Positions 1 through 9,419 of a stretch of DNA of 38,157 nucleotides are shown here, piece by piece. Below the pieces are notes generated by a model. It saw nothing but the letters and a program-made list of their open reading frames with translations. It was not told where the DNA came from and did no database searches. The stretch covers positions 1 to 38,157 of the forward strand of contig JBGPFS010000003.1 in assembly GCA_041483455.1 (NCBI GenBank). Reading direction: 5' to 3'. Made by a program: the position numbers and the translations under genes. Each line of letters begins with the position of its first letter. Position 1 is the stretch's first letter. This DNA is from Candidatus Limnocylindria bacterium (GTDB lineage Bacteria > Chloroflexota > Limnocylindria > Limnocylindrales > CSP1-4).

Positions 1-715
1 CGATCGGCTCGAGGGCGCCGGCCAGCGCCTCGCGCGGCACCAGGTAGTGGAACAGCGAGTACGGCTGGAGCCCCTTCGCGTCCGGCCACAGGGAGCCGAG
101 GATCTCCAGGAAGTAGCTCACCAGGACGAGGGCGACCGTGACCCCGATCGCCGGGGTGAGTCGGTCGAACGAGACCGAGGCCGCCAGCGCGAACGCGCCG
201 ATCGCCCCGTAGACCAGGAACCCGTTCAGCCACATCGAGGGCAGGCGCGCGGCGTCGAGGTCGGCCAGCGCGCCCGCGAGGGTCGCCCCGAAGACCGTGC
301 CGGCCACCTCCGCCGCGACCGCGATGGCCACGAACGCGAGCGTCGCGATCAACAGGGTCAGGTATAGCCGGCGCCGCGAGATCGGGCGGGCGAGCAGCAC
401 CTCGAGCGTGCCTCGCTGCCGCTCGCCGGCCACGGCGGCGACCGGGAACCCGGCCGCGAAGACGACGTTCAGGGCGATCGCGATCGGATGGATGAAGCCC
501 AGCCCGATCGACCCGTTCAGGCTCAGCAGGTCGCCGGTGCCGAAGCTGGCGAACTGGGGCGGGATGACGCCACTCTTGAGGAACTCGGCGATCTGCTTGC
601 CGTACTGCTCGTAGATGACCGGCATGAACAGGCTCCAGACGACCAGCCCGATCACGACCGCCAGCAGCTTGCCCTGCTGGGAGCGCCAGGTGCGAACGAG
701 GAGCGGCAGGTTCAT
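1..715 (-). CDS. ABC-2 type transporter permease (3' end runs off the window; not in ORF track)
   Basis: Manual translation from ATG 715: MNLPLLVRTWRSQQGKLLAVVIGLVVWSLF...AGERQRGTLEVLLARPISRRRLY. Multiple TM segments and the ExxxGTLExLLxxP motif; ATGA overlap with the upstream ATPase stop. Confidence 0.9.
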   Translation of the reverse strand, partial: MNLPLLVRTWRSQQGKLLAVVIGLVVWSLFMPVIYEQYGKQIAEFLKSGVIPPQFASFGTGDLLSLNGSIGLGFIHPIAIALNVVFAAGFPVAAVAGERQRGTLEVLLARPISRRRLYLTLLIATLAFVAIAVAAEVAGTVFGATLAGALADLDAARLPSMWLNGFLVYGAIGAFALAASVSFDRLTPAIGVTVALVLVSYFLEILGSLWPDAKGLQPYSLFHYLVPREALAGALEPI

Positions 716-1737
716 CGGCCGGACGTCGCGTCCCTGCCGACGGCCGGCCCGGCGGTCGCCCCGGCGGCCGACCCCGCGACAACGGCCACCTCCGCGTCGC
801 GGTCGCCGTTCGGCAGGTCCTCGCCCTCGTAGAACTCGAGGAACGCCTCCTCGAGGTGGGCCGGCTCGATCGTCACGTCGCGGACGGCCAGGCCGCCCAG
901 GACGCGGACGAAGGGCTCGACGTCGCCCTCGAGCTGGCAGGTCACGAGCCCGTCGTGGACCGCCACGCCGCTCACGCCCGGGATGGCCCCGAGGTCCGGC
1001 AGGCTCGCGCCCGGCCGGAGGCGCAGCTCGACCCGCCGCTTCCGGTGGGCCAGCAGCGAGCCGATCTCCTCGAGGGCGACGATCCGTCCTCGCCGGATGA
1101 TCGCCACCCGGTCGCAGACCCGCTCGACCTCGGACAGGATGTGCGAGGACAGGAAGATCGTCCGGCCGGCGGCGCGCAGCTCGTCGAGGAGCTCGTAGAA
1201 GGCGCGCTGCATCAGCGGGTCGAGGCCCTCGGTCGGTTCGTCGAGGATCGCCAGCTCGGGGTCGTGCTGGAGGGCCTGGATGATGCCGAGCTTCTGGCGC
1301 ATCCCGCGCGAGTAGTCCCGGACCGGTCGGCGGAGCGTCCGGCCGGAGAGCTCGAGCCGCTCGACCAGCTCGGCGCGCCGGACCGGCGGCCGGTCGTACA
1401 GGTCGCCCAGGTAGTCGAGCAGCCGTTCCCCGGTCAGGCCGTCGTAGAGGGCGATCCCGCCGGGCAGGTAGCCGACCCGGGCCCGGATCGCGACCGTCTC
1501 ACGCTCGATATCGAGCCCCAGCACCTGTGCGTGCCCGGACGTCGGGTGGAGGAACCCCAGGAGCGTCCGGATCGCCGTGCTCTTGCCGGCGCCGTTCGGA
1601 CCGAGGAAGCCGAAGATCTCGCCGGTGCGGACCTCGATCGAGAGGTCGTCGAGGGCCGCCACCTCGGACCCGCGCCCCAACGGTCCGCGCCGGTGGCCGT
1701 AGTGCTTGGTCAGCCGGTCGGTCCGGATGGCGGGCAT
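712..1737 (-). CDS. ABC transporter ATP-binding protein
   Basis: Walker A GPNGAGKST, signature YSRGMRQ, Walker B ILDEPT, H-loop SSH. Confidence 0.95.
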   Translation of the reverse strand: MPAIRTDRLTKHYGHRRGPLGRGSEVAALDDLSIEVRTGEIFGFLGPNGAGKSTAIRTLLGFLHPTSGHAQVLGLDIERETVAIRARVGYLPGGIALYDGLTGERLLDYLGDLYDRPPVRRAELVERLELSGRTLRRPVRDYSRGMRQKLGIIQALQHDPELAILDEPTEGLDPLMQRAFYELLDELRAAGRTIFLSSHILSEVERVCDRVAIIRRGRIVALEEIGSLLAHRKRRVELRLRPGASLPDLGAIPGVSGVAVHDGLVTCQLEGDVEPFVRVLGGLAVRDVTIEPAHLEEAFLEFYEGEDLPNGDRDAEVAVVAGSAAGATAGPAVGRDATSGR

Positions 1738-1888
1738 CGCTCTACCCTACAGGAGGGATCGGACCTCCGCCGCGGGGCCGGCCGGCTGGGACCTTCGGGT
1801 GGGGTCCGGCCTGGGTCGGTCGGGTGATGTCCGACCGGTTCGACGCCCGACCATCCTTCGTCTCCGACCGAAGCCCCCGAGGAGACGA

Positions 1889-3247
1889 ATGACCGTATCG
1901 ATCCCGCCAGCCAGGCGAGCCGCACGCGGATCCCGGCGCCGGGCGCTGGCGCGGGCGACCACCTCCGTCGGACTGCTCGGCGGACTCCTGGCCGGCCTGC
2001 TCGGCCCGGTCGCCCCGGTCGTGGCCGGCGCGACGCCTGCACCGACGACCGTCGCCGCCACGACACCGGCACCCACGATCACGCTCTACGGGCGGGGCTT
2101 CGGTCACGGGGTCGGGATGAGCCAGTACGGCGCCCGAGGCCGGGCGCTCGCGGGCCAGGCGGCCGGCGAGATCCTGGCCCACTACTACCAGGGCGCAACG
2201 ATCCTGACGGGCTCTCCCGGCACGAAGGTCCGGGTCCTGGTCCTGCCGACCATCGCGGCGAGCGCCGCCAAGCCCCTCCGCCTGGTCGGGCATGGGGCCA
2301 CCTGGACCGTCTCGGGCCGGGGCCCGTTCCCGGCCGAGGCGGCCCTCCGGGTCACCAGGACGGGCCGCGCGACCCTCGCCCTGACGGTGACCGAGGCGAA
2401 CGGCACCGTCCTGCTCAAGCTCTCGATGACGACGGCCGAACTGCTCGTCCAGCCGACGAGCGACGCCGGGCGGATCGAGGTCGTCTCGAAGGCCTCCACC
2501 TACGACACCTACCGGGGCACGATCCACATCCGGGGCGTGGCGGGCGGGCTGATCGCGGTGAACGAGCTGGGGATGGACGACTACCTCCGGGGCGTCCTCC
2601 CGCTCGAGATGCCGTCCAGCTGGCCCGCCGAGGCGCTCAAGGCCCAGGCGATCGCGGCCCGGAGCTACGCGCTCCGCCGGCTCCACCCGACGGTCGGGAC
2701 GTACGACCTGACCGACGGGTCGAGCTCGCAGCTCTACCGCGGCTCCCTGGCCGAGTCGGCCGCCACCGACGCGGCGATCAGCGCCACGGGCGGCCAGGTC
2801 CTGGTGAGCGGGCGGACGATCGTGAACGCGGTCTACGACTCGACCGGTGGCGGCGCGACCGAGAACAGCGAGAACGCCTGGCCCTCGTCGAGCGGGAGGA
2901 TCGTCGCCGGCCCGGTCAGCTACCTGCGCGGCTCGCCCGACCGCGACCCGACCGGCGTTTCATACGACGCGGCAGCGCCCCACGCGACCTGGCAGAGCGC
3001 GCCGTACACGATGGCCCAGCTCTCCGGCTTCTTCGCGACCGACAGCCGGACGAAGGTCGGGACCCTGACCGCCATGGACCTCTCGAAGGTCGGGGTCTCC
3101 GGGCGCCTGATCAGCGTGAAGCTGACCGGCAGCGGGGGGACGAAGACCGTCTCGGGCGAAGTATTCCGGTCGGTGCTGAACGCGGCGACCCCCGCGACCG
3201 ACCCGTACCTCTGGAGCACGCTCATCGCGACGGCCCCGATCCCGTAG
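1889..3247 (+). CDS. SpoIID/LytB-domain protein (putative exported lytic transglycosylase)
   Basis: GRGFGHGVGMSQYGA and YLRGVLPLEMPSSWPAEALKAQAIAARSYA SpoIID motifs; Arg-rich plus hydrophobic signal peptide; GGAG RBS before ATG 1889. Confidence 0.9.
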   Translation: MTVSIPPARRAARGSRRRALARATTSVGLLGGLLAGLLGPVAPVVAGATPAPTTVAATTPAPTITLYGRGFGHGVGMSQYGARGRALAGQAAGEILAHYYQGATILTGSPGTKVRVLVLPTIAASAAKPLRLVGHGATWTVSGRGPFPAEAALRVTRTGRATLALTVTEANGTVLLKLSMTTAELLVQPTSDAGRIEVVSKASTYDTYRGTIHIRGVAGGLIAVNELGMDDYLRGVLPLEMPSSWPAEALKAQAIAARSYALRRLHPTVGTYDLTDGSSSQLYRGSLAESAATDAAISATGGQVLVSGRTIVNAVYDSTGGGATENSENAWPSSSGRIVAGPVSYLRGSPDRDPTGVSYDAAAPHATWQSAPYTMAQLSGFFATDSRTKVGTLTAMDLSKVGVSGRLISVKLTGSGGTKTVSGEVFRSVLNAATPATDPYLWSTLIATAPIP

Positions 3248-3328
3248 GGGCCGGTCCCGCGTCGCCGGGCTGCGGTGCCTCGATGAGGGAGTACCGATGG
3301 GTCCTCACGCGCCGGCTATCCTGCGCCG

Positions 3329-3964
3329 ATGAGCGTCCCTGCGCGAATGCCCGTCCCTGCGCCGACGACCGCCCCCATCGCGGACCCGGGCCGCCCTCGC
3401 TGCTGGTGGGCGGCCGCGGACCTCGCCGGCGCCGACCCCCTGATGGTCGCCTACCACGACGAAGAGTGGGGCACCCCTGTCGACGGCGACGTCGAGCTGT
3501 TCGAGCGGCTCGCCCTCGAGGGGTTCCAGGCGGGCCTGTCGTGGGCCACGATCCTGCGCAAGCGGGCCGCTTTCCTGGCCGCCTTCCAGGGCTTCGAGCC
3601 GGCCGTCGTGGCCGCCTTCGGCGTGGACGACCGGGCGCGACTCCTCGCCGATGCCGGGATCGTCCGGAACGGCGCGAAGATCGACGCGACCATCCGCAAC
3701 GCCGCCGCCTTCCTGGCCGTCGCGGCGGAGCACGGCTCGTTCGCCCGCTACCTGCGATCGGTGATCCCGGATCCGGCCCGACCCCTCCCGGTCGGCGCCA
3801 CGATGGCCGACATCCCGGACCGCACCCCGCCCTCGGAGGCCCTCTCGGCCGACCTGCGCCGGCGCGGCTTCGGCTTCGTCGGCCCGACGATCGTGTACGC
3901 CTTCATGCAGAGCGTCGGCCTCGTCGACGATCACCTGCCCGGCTGCTTCCGCTACCGCGGCTGA
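3329..3964 (+). CDS. tag: DNA-3-methyladenine glycosylase I
   Basis: RCWW...YHDEEWG, LEGFQAGLSW, FVGPTIVYAFMQSVGLVDDHLPGC. Confidence 0.95.
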   Translation: MSVPARMPVPAPTTAPIADPGRPRCWWAAADLAGADPLMVAYHDEEWGTPVDGDVELFERLALEGFQAGLSWATILRKRAAFLAAFQGFEPAVVAAFGVDDRARLLADAGIVRNGAKIDATIRNAAAFLAVAAEHGSFARYLRSVIPDPARPLPVGATMADIPDRTPPSEALSADLRRRGFGFVGPTIVYAFMQSVGLVDDHLPGCFRYRG

Positions 3965-4005
3965 GCGCCGACGAGAGTCGATCGGGCCGCCCAGGTCGGC
4001 GAGAG

Positions 4006-4863
4006 CTACAGCTCGCGCCGCCCGAATGACGCGATCGCGAGACCGACCACGCCGGCGAGCCAGGCCGCACTCCAGGCGAGGTAGAGCGGATCCGGGCCCG
4101 TGCTCGCGAAGAACGGGTTCGCCTCGAGGACCCGGAACGGTCGTCCGGCGGCGATCGTCGCGATGAGGATCGGCGGCTCGAGGCTGAAGATCGTCGCCCG
4201 CCACAGGCCGTCGGACGGGAAGACGAGCCGGCCCACGCTCCCGGCGACCCCGAGCGATGGCACGCCGAGCGCGCTCGCGACGCCGCCCAGGACGCCGACG
4301 CCCCACGAGAGCCCGAACAGGACGATCGCGGTGGCCCCGGCGGCGATGGTCGGCAGGCGCGTGCTGAGCAGGAGGGCGACCGTCATCACGATCACCCCTT
4401 CGCCGGCCAGCGCTGCGACGGCCCCGAGCGGATCGGGTGGGCCGTAGCCCGAGACCAGGCGCAGCGCCCCGATCTCGAGCAGCCCGGCGGCGACCGCATA
4501 ACCGACGACGACGATCGCCAGCCCGACCCACCGGCCGACGATCAGGCTCGAGCGGGCGAGCGGTCGGGCGAGCATCGCCTGGAGGACGCCCGACTCGACG
4601 TCCGACGCGACCGCCGGCGCTCCGAGGAACGCGGCCGTGGTCGCCAGGATGAAGCTGAACATGAAGGCGCAGAAGATGAGGACCTGGCTGACGCCGATCT
4701 GGATCTGGAGCTCGGTCGTGCTCGCCGCGGCCCTGGCGGAGCTGACGAGCCACTGGAAACCGAGCCCTGTGACCACGACGATCGCTCCGGTCAGGAGTGC
4801 CAGGGCCCACAGGGTCCGCCGGCGCACGGCTTCGAAGAGCGTGAGGCGGACGACCACGATCAT
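4006..4863 (-). CDS. ABC-2 type transporter permease
   Basis: About 6 TM segments, DVESGVLQAMLARPLAR motif; ATGA overlap with the ATPase gene. Confidence 0.88.
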   Translation of the reverse strand: MIVVVRLTLFEAVRRRTLWALALLTGAIVVVTGLGFQWLVSSARAAASTTELQIQIGVSQVLIFCAFMFSFILATTAAFLGAPAVASDVESGVLQAMLARPLARSSLIVGRWVGLAIVVVGYAVAAGLLEIGALRLVSGYGPPDPLGAVAALAGEGVIVMTVALLLSTRLPTIAAGATAIVLFGLSWGVGVLGGVASALGVPSLGVAGSVGRLVFPSDGLWRATIFSLEPPILIATIAAGRPFRVLEANPFFASTGPDPLYLAWSAAWLAGVVGLAIASFGRREL

Positions 4864-5879
4864 CGAGGGCCACCGTCCATGCCCAGGGCCTCGCCGTCCT
4901 CGCCGCGCCCGAGCAGGTCGAGGAAGCGCGCCTCGAGGCTCGCCCGGCCCGGTTCCAGCGCGTGGATCCGACCGCCGGCCGCCACGATCGCCGCGGCCAG
5001 CTCGGGGATCCGCTCCGGGTCGATCGGGCGGACCGCGAAGGCCGACGGATCCGCCGGGTCCTCGAGGTGGAGCGGCCCGAAGCGGGCCAGGCCGGCCCTC
5101 GCTTCAGCCGGCAGGGCGGTCGCCCGGACCCGGACAGTCCGTTCGCCGAGCAGCTCGTCGAGCGTGCCGGCCGCCACGACCCGGCCCCGGTCGATCACCG
5201 CCACCCGGTCGCAGACCTGCTCGACTTCGCCCAGGAGATGCGAGTTGAGGAAGACGGTCGTGCCCCGCTCGCGCACGGCCCGCACGATCCGCCGGACATC
5301 CGCCCGACCGACCGGGTCGAGAGCGGAGGTCGGCTCGTCGAGAAAGACGAGGTCCGGGCGACCCAGGAGCGCCGCACCCAGCCCGAGCCGTTGCTGCATC
5401 CCCTTCGAGAACGTGCCCGACTGGTCGTTCGCCCGCTCGGTCAGGCCGACGAGCTCGAGCGCATCGGCGATCGCCGATGACCGTTCCGAGACGGGCATCC
5501 CGGCCAGCTCGGCATGGAGCGCCAGCACCTCCCGGGCACGGAGCCAGGGCTGATAGCGGAAGAGCTCCGGCAGGTAGCCGATCCGGCGGCGGGCCTCGCG
5601 CTCGCCGGCCGGACGGCCGAGGACGCGAGCGGAGCCGGCGGTCGCCCGGGCCAACCCGAGGAGGATCTTGACCACGGTCGTCTTGCCGGCTCCATTCGGG
5701 CCGAGGAACCCGAAGACCTCGCCGCGCTCGACCCGCATCGACAGGCCGTCGAGGGCGGTGATCCGGCCGTAGCGCTTGACGAGATCGGTCGTCTCGATGG
5801 CGGGCGGGGTACGTCCAGAGGCTGACACGGTCTCGTCGGCGGCTGACGCGGTCGGGGCGACGTTCATCGGCGACATCAT
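4860..5879 (-). CDS. ABC transporter ATP-binding protein (start may be ATG 5867)
   Basis: GPNGAGKTT, FSKGMQQR, FLDEPT, NSH. Confidence 0.95.
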   Translation of the reverse strand: MMSPMNVAPTASAADETVSASGRTPPAIETTDLVKRYGRITALDGLSMRVERGEVFGFLGPNGAGKTTVVKILLGLARATAGSARVLGRPAGEREARRRIGYLPELFRYQPWLRAREVLALHAELAGMPVSERSSAIADALELVGLTERANDQSGTFSKGMQQRLGLGAALLGRPDLVFLDEPTSALDPVGRADVRRIVRAVRERGTTVFLNSHLLGEVEQVCDRVAVIDRGRVVAAGTLDELLGERTVRVRATALPAEARAGLARFGPLHLEDPADPSAFAVRPIDPERIPELAAAIVAAGGRIHALEPGRASLEARFLDLLGRGEDGEALGMDGGPR

Positions 5880-5903
5880 CGGTCAGGACGGCGACCTCGC
5901 GCT

Positions 5904-5926
5904 CCGTGACACGCTAGCTGTCACGG
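5904..5926. promoter_or_regulatory. Candidate operator, inverted repeat CCGTGACA-N7-TGTCACGG
   Basis: Perfect 8-bp arms in the short divergent intergenic region between the ABC operon and the Zn-ribbon gene. Confidence 0.45.
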
Positions 5927-5946
5927 GTGCGTCGCACGATCCAGCC

Positions 5947-6120
5947 ATGGAACCTCAGGACACGCTCCGAACCGCGGTCGTCGAGCTCGAGTGCCCATGG
6001 TGCGAGGGGGCCCTCCGGATCGCTGAGGTCGAGCTGGCGACCGAGATCCGTTGCCCGGACTGCCTCGTCGCCTTCAGCCTCGCCGAACCGGCCGCTGCCG
6101 GGCTCGCCACCGCGGCCTGA
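5947..6120 (+). CDS. Small (57 aa) zinc-ribbon protein
   Basis: MEPQDTLRTAVVELECPWCEGALRIAEVELATEIRCPDCLVAF: two CPxC pairs; fills an otherwise empty gap. Confidence 0.75.
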   Translation: MEPQDTLRTAVVELECPWCEGALRIAEVELATEIRCPDCLVAFSLAEPAAAGLATAA

Positions 6121-6129
6121 CCGGCCGGG

Positions 6130-6221
6130 GGGGCAGGGCGGCCGGTCGAGCCGGGCGGTCGCACGGGCTGGGCCGCCGGATGAGCCGGGCGGCCGGACGA
6201 GCCGGGCGGCCGGACGAGCCG
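6130..6221. repeat. Degenerate 17-bp tandem repeat (CGAGCCGGGCGGCCGGA, ~5 copies)
   Basis: Units start at 6130, 6147, 6164, 6181, 6198 and (partial) 6215, between convergent stop codons. Confidence 0.8.
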
Positions 6222-6231
6222 CCGCCCCCGC

Positions 6232-7002
6232 TCAGCCGAGCCGGATCGACGAGGCGCCGCCCGTGAACCGGATCAAAACGCGATCCGTCGCGGTCGCGTA
6301 GCCGGGCGTCTCGGTCCGGCCGTCGACGCTGTTCAGGCCGCCGCTCGACTCGAAGCGGTATTCGACGCCCGCCGGGGCATGGAACTCGAGCCTGGTCGCG
6401 CCGCCCGTCACGCGGATCTCGACGGCCCCGCGCGGCTGCGGGAGCGCGATCCTGGCCTTCGCGGCGCCGATCTGGATCCGCGCGTCGACGATCGGGATCG
6501 CCGAGAGGTCGAGCGTGAAGTCGCCGGCGCCGGCGTCGAGCCGGAGGGCCGTCGGGATGTCGCTCGCGCTCCGAATCTCCCAGTCGGTGGCGCCGCGCCA
6601 GGTGGTCGGCCAGGTGGCGACGTCCTGCCGGAGCGAGACCCGGCCGAGGTCACCCTCGCGGTCGAGCCGCGTGGCGATGTCCGAGCGGCTCGAGCGGACC
6701 TCGAGGAGCTCGCTCGCCCCGCCCGCGAACCGGAACGTGCCCGCCCCGACGGCGATCTCGAGCGCGAGCCGGCTGACGCCCTCGCGGGGAACGCTCGCGC
6801 TGCTGGCACCCTCGTCCCGTTGCGTCGCGTTGAGGAGCACGACGACCCCGATCGCGACGATGACGGCCGGCCAGAAGAACCGGCCCACGAACCGGGCGAA
6901 CCCGAGGGTGTCGAGGAGGAACAGGATCCCCAGCCCGATCAGGACCAGCCCCGCGACCTGTCCACCGTTCCACCCGGACGCTCGTCGATCGTGACCCGCC
7001 AT
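6232..7002 (-). CDS. Membrane protein with LiaF/LiaI-like N-terminal TM hairpin and beta-rich C-terminal domain
   Basis: GLVLIGLGILFLLDTLG...FFWPAVIVAIGVVVLL followed by repeated GAG/GAA/GGA beta turns; GGGAGG RBS before ATG 7002. Confidence 0.8.
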   Translation of the reverse strand: MAGHDRRASGWNGGQVAGLVLIGLGILFLLDTLGFARFVGRFFWPAVIVAIGVVVLLNATQRDEGASSASVPREGVSRLALEIAVGAGTFRFAGGASELLEVRSSRSDIATRLDREGDLGRVSLRQDVATWPTTWRGATDWEIRSASDIPTALRLDAGAGDFTLDLSAIPIVDARIQIGAAKARIALPQPRGAVEIRVTGGATRLEFHAPAGVEYRFESSGGLNSVDGRTETPGYATATDRVLIRFTGGASSIRLG

Positions 7003-7100
7003 CCAGCGCCTCCCTTCATGCTGTCGCGTCCAGCGTAGCGCGCCCCGACGGCCGCGTGGCCGGCCTGTCGACGGACCGGCCGATGGCCGAAGATGGGGCG

Positions 7101-7739
7101 ATGCAGCCGGCCGATCGTTCCACGGGCCTCGACCACCTCGACGCCGCGCTCGCGATCGTCCGGGCCGGGGCACGGCTCGGCGCACGCGGGCTCATCGTGG
7201 CGACCGAGGGGAACCTGTCGATCCGCCTCGGCGACGCGTTGCTCGTGACGCCGTCGGGCCGCCGCAAGGACGAGCTGGAGCCGTCCGATCTCCTCCTCGT
7301 CCCGCTCGACGAGCCGCGGGACGAGAGCTTCGAGGGCCCTCGCCCGTCGTCGGACATCCGGATCCACCGCGCGATCTACCGCGCCCGGCCCGACGTCGGA
7401 GCCGTCGCGCACGCCCACCTCGCGGCGTCCCTGGCGCTCACGCTCGCCGGCGGCCGACCCGATCCCGCGGACCTGCCCGAGACGCGCCTGCTCCTGCCCC
7501 GACTCCCGTTCGTCCCGCTCATGGCTCCCGGCTCGCCCGAGCTGGCGACGGCGATCGCGGCGGCCCTCTCGGAGTCGCCGGAACCGCCGGCCGACGCGGT
7601 CCTGCTCGAGCGCCACGGGGCGGTCGCCGTCGGCAGGACGCTCGACGCGGCGACCGACCGGCTCGAGCTCGTCGATCTGCTCTGTCGGGTCCGGCGGGAC
7701 GCCATCCTGCTCGGGCTCGGCCGCGGGTCGGGTCAGTAG
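7101..7739 (+). CDS. Class II aldolase/adducin family protein
   Basis: EGNLS, VTPSG, PSSDxxIHRAIY, HAH and LERHG metal-ligand motifs; start uncertain (7056/7083/7101). Confidence 0.9.
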   Translation: MQPADRSTGLDHLDAALAIVRAGARLGARGLIVATEGNLSIRLGDALLVTPSGRRKDELEPSDLLLVPLDEPRDESFEGPRPSSDIRIHRAIYRARPDVGAVAHAHLAASLALTLAGGRPDPADLPETRLLLPRLPFVPLMAPGSPELATAIAAALSESPEPPADAVLLERHGAVAVGRTLDAATDRLELVDLLCRVRRDAILLGLGRGSGQ

Positions 7740-7782
7740 AGCCCGGGGGTCAGTAGAGCCCCGGGGTCAGTAGAGCCCGGGG
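7733..7782. repeat. Three tandem 17-bp copies of TCAGTAGAGCCC(G/C)GGGG
   Basis: Units at 7733, 7750 and 7767; they contain the stop codons of both convergent genes. Confidence 0.95.
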
Positions 7783-8243
7783 ATCATCCGCTTCGTTCGG
7801 GCCCGGTAGGCCGCGTAGCCCGGGTGGCGCGCGACGAGCCAGGCCTCCTCGCGGCGCGACTTGAGATCGAACAGGATCCCGAGGGCGAGCGCGAAGCCGA
7901 GGCAGACCGGACTGGCCGCCGCCAGGCCCAGGCCGACCGAGCCGGTCACCAGGCCGCCGTAGATCGGGTGGCGGGCGAGTCGGTAGGCACCGTCCTCGAT
8001 CAGCCGGCTCCCCTCCCCCGGGCGCGGCCAGGGGGTCAGGTTCTCGCGCAGGTCGATCATCCCGCGGGGCACAAGCCAGCCGCCCACCGCCATCAGCGCG
8101 GCTCCGGCCGCGATCCCGACCACGCGGAGCGGCCCGGTCCAGGCCGGACCGAGCATCGCCGTCCCGAGGATCGCGACGATGAGGACCCCCTGGATCGCCA
8201 CGTACCCCTCGCCCCGCGGCCCCAGGTCGGGCAGCCGGCTCAC
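7767..8243 (-). CDS. Isoprenylcysteine carboxyl methyltransferase / phospholipid methyltransferase family protein
   Basis: LIEDGAYRLARHPIYGG and REEAWL...YAAYRARTKRMIP motifs; GTG start overlaps the DinB-family stop (GTGA). Confidence 0.88.
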   Translation of the reverse strand: MSRLPDLGPRGEGYVAIQGVLIVAILGTAMLGPAWTGPLRVVGIAAGAALMAVGGWLVPRGMIDLRENLTPWPRPGEGSRLIEDGAYRLARHPIYGGLVTGSVGLGLAAASPVCLGFALALGILFDLKSRREEAWLVARHPGYAAYRARTKRMIPGLY

Positions 8244-8809
8244 GGTCGCGAGAAGCGCTGCGTCGCGCCCATCTGGCCCCAGATCCGGGCCTGGGTCACG
8301 GCGAGCGCCTGACGGACGTGCTCGCGGTCGTGATGGACCCATTCCGCGAGGATCTCGGCGACGGTCAGCTCGCCCACGACCGGGTGAACGCCGATCCGTC
8401 CGAGATCCGCCTCGCTGAGCGAACGGACGAGGGCGATCCCCGCGCTGCGCCCCGCGGCGAACGCCTCGACCAGCTCGAGCGGGTCGCGCTCGTCGTCGCG
8501 CCGGGCGGCGGCCACGGCCGGCTGGTCCCAGGTCTCGAGGGCCGGGCGGTCGGTGTCGAGGATCATCCGGATCCGGCCGGCGAACCCACGCCGATCCGCC
8601 TCCAGCAGGTGCCCGATGCAGGTGCTGACCGACCAGTCGCCCGGCCCGGGCCGCCAGCGCGCCTCATCGCGCAGCGCCCGCACCTCGGCCCGGAGGGTCG
8701 AGACGGTCGCGGCCAGGAGCGGCGCGATCCGCTCGGGACCGAGGGGCGCGGGCGGCGGCACGGCAGGCGGCGAGACCGGCGGGACGAAGGGCGGCACGGC
8801 AGGCGTCAC
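8240..8809 (-). CDS. DinB/YfiT-family protein
   Basis: PGPGDWSVSTCIGHL...HDREH His triad; GTG start overlaps the Nudix stop. Confidence 0.88.
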   Translation of the reverse strand: MTPAVPPFVPPVSPPAVPPPAPLGPERIAPLLAATVSTLRAEVRALRDEARWRPGPGDWSVSTCIGHLLEADRRGFAGRIRMILDTDRPALETWDQPAVAAARRDDERDPLELVEAFAAGRSAGIALVRSLSEADLGRIGVHPVVGELTVAEILAEWVHHDREHVRQALAVTQARIWGQMGATQRFSRP

Positions 8810-9378
8810 GACGACCCTCCGGATCCAGCCACGACGCCCGACGCCCGCATTCGCGCGACCCGGTCCAGGGCGGCCTGGGTCAGCAGGTCGCTGATCTCCG
8901 CTCGGTCGGCCATCGCGAGCGCCTCGGCGAAGGGGACCCAGCGGATCGCGAGCTCCTCCGTCCCATCCGGCTCCGCCCGGCCCGGCACCAGATCGGTGGC
9001 CAGGAACAGGACGCCGGCCTCGTCGGTGACCGAGTTCGAGAGGTGGCTCCGGCCGATCTCTCGCCACGTCCGGGCCGTGTAGCCGGTCTCCTCGCGCAGC
9101 TCACGGCGGGCGCCCTCGAGGGGATCCTCGTCGAACACCGCACCACCCTCGACGATCTCCCACGAGTAGCGATCGAGCGTGTAGCGCCACTGGCCGACGA
9201 GGAGCACCCGGTCGTCCGGATCGAGCGCGACGACCCCGACGGCGAGGGTCTTGAAGTGGACGACCCCGTAGATCCCGGGCGTCCCGTCCGGCCGGGTCAC
9301 CTCGTCGTGATGGAGGGCGATCCAGTCGTTCTCGTATACGAGCCGACGCGAACGACGGCCCCATGGGTCGCGGGGCAT
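8806..9378 (-). CDS. NUDIX hydrolase (ADP-ribose pyrophosphatase-like)
   Basis: Nudix box GAVFDEDPLEGARRELREETGY; GGAG RBS before ATG 9378. Confidence 0.92.
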   Translation of the reverse strand: MPRDPWGRRSRRLVYENDWIALHHDEVTRPDGTPGIYGVVHFKTLAVGVVALDPDDRVLLVGQWRYTLDRYSWEIVEGGAVFDEDPLEGARRELREETGYTARTWREIGRSHLSNSVTDEAGVLFLATDLVPGRAEPDGTEELAIRWVPFAEALAMADRAEISDLLTQAALDRVARMRASGVVAGSGGSS

Positions 9379-9419
9379 CGGATGCTCCTGTGGCAAGCCG
9401 CGACCGCGATGGTAGCGGC

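Noticed and set aside
5947-6120. LysW amino-group carrier protein
   Set aside because: Lacks the C-terminal EDWGE motif and no lysX/lysZ/argX genes are adjacent.
7733-7782. Possible mini-CRISPR array
   Set aside because: Repeats are directly adjacent with no spacers, only 17 bp long, and no cas genes are present.
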